Below are positions 60,488-64,000 of a stretch of 64,000 nucleotides of DNA, piece by piece; the stretch's first letter is position 1, and the number at the start of each line of letters is the position of its first letter. The DNA is from Macrostomum lignano. Its lineage: Eukaryota. Location of the stretch: assembly GCA_002269645.1 (NCBI GenBank), contig NIVC01000032.1, forward strand, positions 868,001 to 932,000, given 5' to 3'. Both the position numbers and the translations under genes were made by a program. The notes beneath the pieces are model-generated. The model had not been told where the DNA came from. It ran no database searches and saw only the letters and a list, made by a program, of their open reading frames with translations.

Positions 60488-63155
60488 CAAAGATAGATAT
60501 AAATGCCCGCCAATATGCTTTATAGATGGCAATTTTCAATTCGAATAATTTCGCAGGACCAGAGCCGGGACTCAGGTACCGACAGCACCCAGAGTTGGCA
60601 CTCGTCGAACCATCAGCCCCAACAGCACCACCACCACCAGCACCCTAACCAGTCGCCTTCACCTGTGCTGATGCGTCGTCACGCGTCAGCCGGTCAGCTC
60701 CGTCCAAATCAGCAGCATCCTTCGTTGTCCTCAGCTTCGGCAGGTGCAGCGGCAGCTGCCGCCTCTGCCGCCGCCGCCGCTTCTGCTCACTCGGCCGACG
60801 CTCAGCAGCGACGTTGTCGGAGCTCTTCTCAATCGTGCCAACAGAATTGCCAGCATCCCGGTCAGCTTCATCATCAACAGCAGCACAAAAGCGCGGGGAC
60901 TCCCCGCTATCATAAAAGCGACAGTCAGGGCTACGTTACTCAGTCGGATCGGAGTCCGCTGGCCTGCTCGCACAGTCAGCAGCAACAGCAACGGCCTCAG
61001 GTACAGTTGCAGTGTACGAAATCGGCTGTTGCTATGGTTACGCCTAAACAACAACAGCAGCAACAACAGCAACAGTCTTTAGCGACTCCAACTGAGCCTC
61101 AGACTAACAGTTCAATTCTGGCGCAGCCGCCGTTAGACACCAGTCGATTAGAAGCCTGTCGAATCACCAAGGGCAGCTTGATGTTCACCCTGTCTCAGTC
61201 AGACGGTTGCATCACCGTTGAACAGTTCAAACAGAGAGCCGGCAATGCTTATGTAATCCGAGCCATACGCGTCGCTTCCGACGGTCGAGCTGTAGACTAT
61301 GCGGCGAATTTAAATTTACCGTTGCTAAGCGACAGCCCGGTTGCTATGCGGCAGTGCGACTGCGAATCGTATGTCTATCCGAATTTGACAGATCCGAATT
61401 GCTCTAAACTGTATTCGCAAGCTGCTGCATTTGTACGGTTACTGAGATCGAACACTGCCAGGCTGACACTGTACACCAGTCAGGCCAAGTGCGTGCTGTA
61501 TGAGAATTTACCGGAGCCGGATTACTGCGTCAATTTCTATGACGGTCGAAGAGCGCGCAGAACTGCGGCTTGCGCACTGGCTATCGACGGCAGATCCGTA
61601 CTGTTGCAGAGTCTGTCCAGGGCCGAGGCCCAGGTCTTGCACTTTGTTAATGAGGTTGGTGTATTATTTTTGCATTTTTGTTTAATTTTTGTGACTTCCT
61701 GAAGTCTTTGTGTCTTCTTTATTTAAGTCTTGTCTTCTTTGTGGCTCCGGCCAGAAGTCTTTGTGTATTCTTTGTGGCTCCCAGAAGTCTTTGTGTCTTC
61801 TTTGTGACTCCCAGAAGTCTTTGTGTCTTCTTTGTGAATTCCAGAAGTCTTTGTTTTCTAGACATCTTGTGTCTTCCAGAAGTCTCTGTCTTCTTTGTGT
61901 CTTCCAGAAGTCTTTGTGTCTTCTTTGTTGCTCCTAGAAGTCTTGTGTCTTCTTTGTGTCTCCTAGAAGTATTGTGTCTTCTTTGTGTCTCCTAGAAGTC
62001 TTGTGTCTTCTTTGTGGCTCCTAGAAGTATTGTGTCTTCTTTGTGTCTCCTAGAAGTCTTGTGTCTTCTTTGTGGCTCCTAGAAGTCTTGTGTCTTCTTT
62101 GTGTCTCCTAGAAGTCTCGTGTCTTCTTTGTGGCTCCCAGAAGTCTTTGTGTCTTCTTGACATCTTGTGTCTTTCAGAAGTCGTGTGTCTTTCTGTCTTC
62201 TTGACATCTTGTGTCTTTCAGAAGTCGTGTGTCTTTGTGTCTCCTAGAAGTCTTGTGTCTTCTTTGTGGCTCCTAGAAGTCTCGTGCCTTTGTTTCTCCT
62301 AGAAGTCTCGTGTCTTCTTTGTGGCTCCCAGAAGTCTTTGTGTCTTCTTGACATCTTGTGTCTTTCAGAAGTCGTGTGTCTTTCTGTCTCCTAGAAGTTT
62401 GTGTCTTCTTTTTGGCTCCCAGAAGTCGTGTGTGTTGTGTTGATTCTAAAAGTCTTTTTGTCTTCTCTGTTGCTTCCAGTATTCTAGAAGTCTTGTGCCT
62501 TTTTGGCTGTAAAGTCTAGTAAAGTTTGGGTTGTCATATCCTCTCAATACTACTCTTGTCTCATATACGGCTTTTAATATACACAGTAGTCTAAAACTCC
62601 TTTTACTTTAATCCTTCTCAGACTTACGATCAGGTTCGCAGAATTGAAGCAGTACTGACTGGCGTCTCCGGACAGGGTGATGTCTGCTGCTTCCCGGCTA
62701 CCATTGGAAAACCGCCTCAGCAGCAGCAGCAAGAGCAGCAATCTGCTACAAACAATGAAGAAGCAACGGCATCTGCTTCTGCAGCAACAGCAGCAGCAAC
62801 AGCAACAAACACTGAGACGCCTTCTTCTCCTGCCCCAGACATTCTCTCTGGAGCAATCGATTCAATGCTAATTGACACTCCTCAGCAGCAGCAGCAGCAG
62901 CAGCAACAGTTATTGTTAACTAGATTTCAGCCGTTAAACGATTTAGGCGACGTTAGAATCGAATTTAACGACGGCAGCCAATTGGAACTCGGCTGCTCCA
63001 GTTCCGGCAGTTTAGACCGATTAGTCTACGTTAATTGCTACGGTAAACGCCGCTTGTTCGACTCGAATCGGCTGGAGCAGTTGGGTCAGCAGTTGCCGCC
63101 GGCTGTGGCCTGTAGGATGGCGCTGTTCCAGCAGCATCTGCAGGCCAACCAATGA
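50531..63155 (+). CDS. PLK4: Polo-like kinase 4 (SAK), 9 coding exons, 816 aa
   Basis: Exons 50531-50563, 50665-50760, 50847-50942, 58285-58396, 58499-58611, 59265-59350, 59447-59729, 60557-61654, 62622-63155 (phases consistent). Kinase motifs [16 protein letters not shown]4-type [28 protein letters not shown]; DSGTDS degron; cryptic polo box ([23 protein letters not shown]...FYDG) and PB3 ([11 protein letters not shown]). The first exon is the least certain. Confidence 0.92.
51008..51537. repeat. 34-bp satellite (CTAATTTAGCTGATTGAGATTCCAAACTGGAATT), left arm
   Basis: PLK4 intron 3; interrupted mid-unit at 51537. Confidence 0.93.
52000..52810. repeat. Direct tandem duplication of ~400 bp inside the Helitron
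   Basis: Copies start at ~52000 and ~52413 and are nearly identical. Confidence 0.92.
53090..53210. repeat. 20-bp minisatellite (AGGATTTCTGTTTCGCGGAG) inside the Helitron
   Basis: About 6 copies with degenerate upstream units. Confidence 0.85.
53225..53645. repeat. Purine-rich (GA) low-complexity tract inside the Helitron
   Basis: Almost exclusively A/G on the + strand. Confidence 0.85.
54455..55640. repeat. 23-bp minisatellite (AAATCATAGAAGCGTCATGTAAA) inside the Helitron
   Basis: About 50 copies. Confidence 0.94.
56814..58200. repeat. 34/40-bp satellite, right arm of the array split by the Helitron
   Basis: Same unit as 51008-51537; many units carry an extra CAAATT. Confidence 0.93.
58909..59043. 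repeat. 44-bp tandem repeat, 3 copies
   Basis: TTCAGCAATAATGTACATTAGCCAGTCCACTGAATGTACATGGC. Confidence 0.88.
59754..60498. repeat. (GATA)n microsatellite with GATG interruptions
   Basis: Fills most of PLK4 intron 7. Confidence 0.97.
61700..62480. repeat. Degenerate ~28-30-bp minisatellite (CTCCTAGAAGTCTTGTGTCTTCTTTGTG)
   Basis: PLK4 intron 8. Confidence 0.85.
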
Positions 63156-63235
63156 GCTTTAACTGCCTGTACATTCGTTTCTAAAGTACATTTAGTAGAC
63201 TTTATTTAAAGAACTTTAGAAGAACTACTATTCAA

Positions 63236-63432
63236 GGGGGGGTTGTACTCTAGTGGTTAAAGCGTCGGACTTACAACTTGAAGGTTGGGGGTTCGATTCT
63301 TGACCCGTTCGGAACAATTCGTGTCCTTGAGCAAAATACTTAACTCTGCATTGCTTCAGTTCACCCAGCTGTAAAATGGGTGCCAGCATTAGCTGGGGTA
63401 ATTGAGGCTGTGTGTGGCGACCCCCCCCCTCA
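63236..63432 (+). mobile_element. SINE family A, 3'-truncated
   Basis: tRNA-like head with A/B boxes and CORE-like domain, downstream of the PLK4 stop. Confidence 0.78.
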
Positions 63433-64000
63433 GTCCCCTCATTAATATCATTATGATTAGGATTCAATGAAACTCCTAAAGTACATTTGAGGCCGCAGTT
63501 TTTAAGTGCATTTAGTAATTTTAAGTCTTTTAAAGTACATTTAATGAACTTTTCAAATCATATAGGAGGGAACTTATTAAACACGTGCTATAATAAAAAA
63601 ATACTATATATTAGTTTCAAATTTCCTCATTTGACCTCTGAATATCAGCTGTTAGCTCAGAATTTGTCTGCATTTTGTAGTAATTTTTTTTTAATTTTCA
63701 ATATTTAGCAAAGTTTTTATAATACTACTGTGTACGCTGTTTTGCTTGATTATAATAAGTTAGTTTGCATTTTTTATTATTTCAATATAAAGCTCCGTTA
63801 CCATTTGTCCAAATGATTTTGTTATTTTTAATAGAAATATTCAACATTTTAATGCTTGGCTTGCTTTGTTTTGTAAACTTTCAGTTTGTATTAGAAATTT
63901 ACTCCGTTAATTTATTTTTTGTAGTCCACTTTCCTGTTTCAAATTGGTGCTAAAATTTGTGGGTTTTTTTTTTAAAAATTCAACTTGTAAATAAATTTGT

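Noticed and set aside
59520-60539. 256-339 aa minus-strand ORFs (YLSI repeats)
   Set aside because: Translations of (GATA)n in PLK4 intron 7.
63236-63310. Possible tRNA gene (Val-like anticodon loop)
   Set aside because: Stems pair poorly and the sequence continues into a SINE body shared by four loci.

Overview
Eukaryotic (animal) genomic DNA with no prokaryotic features. GC-rich exons sit in AT-rich introns packed with micro- and minisatellites. This architecture is reminiscent of a free-living flatworm such as Macrostomum, but that is inference only. Four spliced genes could be rebuilt by hand with consistent GT-AG junctions and exon phases: a 21-exon TRPA1-like channel (+, 1357-22337, 1343 aa), a 3-exon VGLUT-like SLC17 transporter (+, 25844-30226, 523 aa), an 11-exon SLC12A9 (-, 35715-47967, 912 aa) and a 9-exon PLK4 (+, 50531-63155, 816 aa). 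The most striking arrangement is an intact, intronless clan-2 cytochrome P450 (505 aa) nested on the same strand inside TRPA1 intron 3. Non-coding structure includes (i) a hAT-type MITE family whose copies carry expanding GGCGCC-containing minisatellites, one with a perfect 8-bp TSD; (ii) a 5.3-kb non-autonomous Helitron inserted precisely at an A|T site within a satellite array and showing serial 3' termini; (iii) two tRNA-headed SINE families; (iv) a dense TAGGCCTA palindrome cluster between the divergent SLC12A9 and PLK4 genes; and (v) about 25 tandem arrays. Most long ORFs in the supplied track are artefacts of these arrays. Exon boundaries were read manually and need RNA-seq confirmation; repeat boundaries are approximate.
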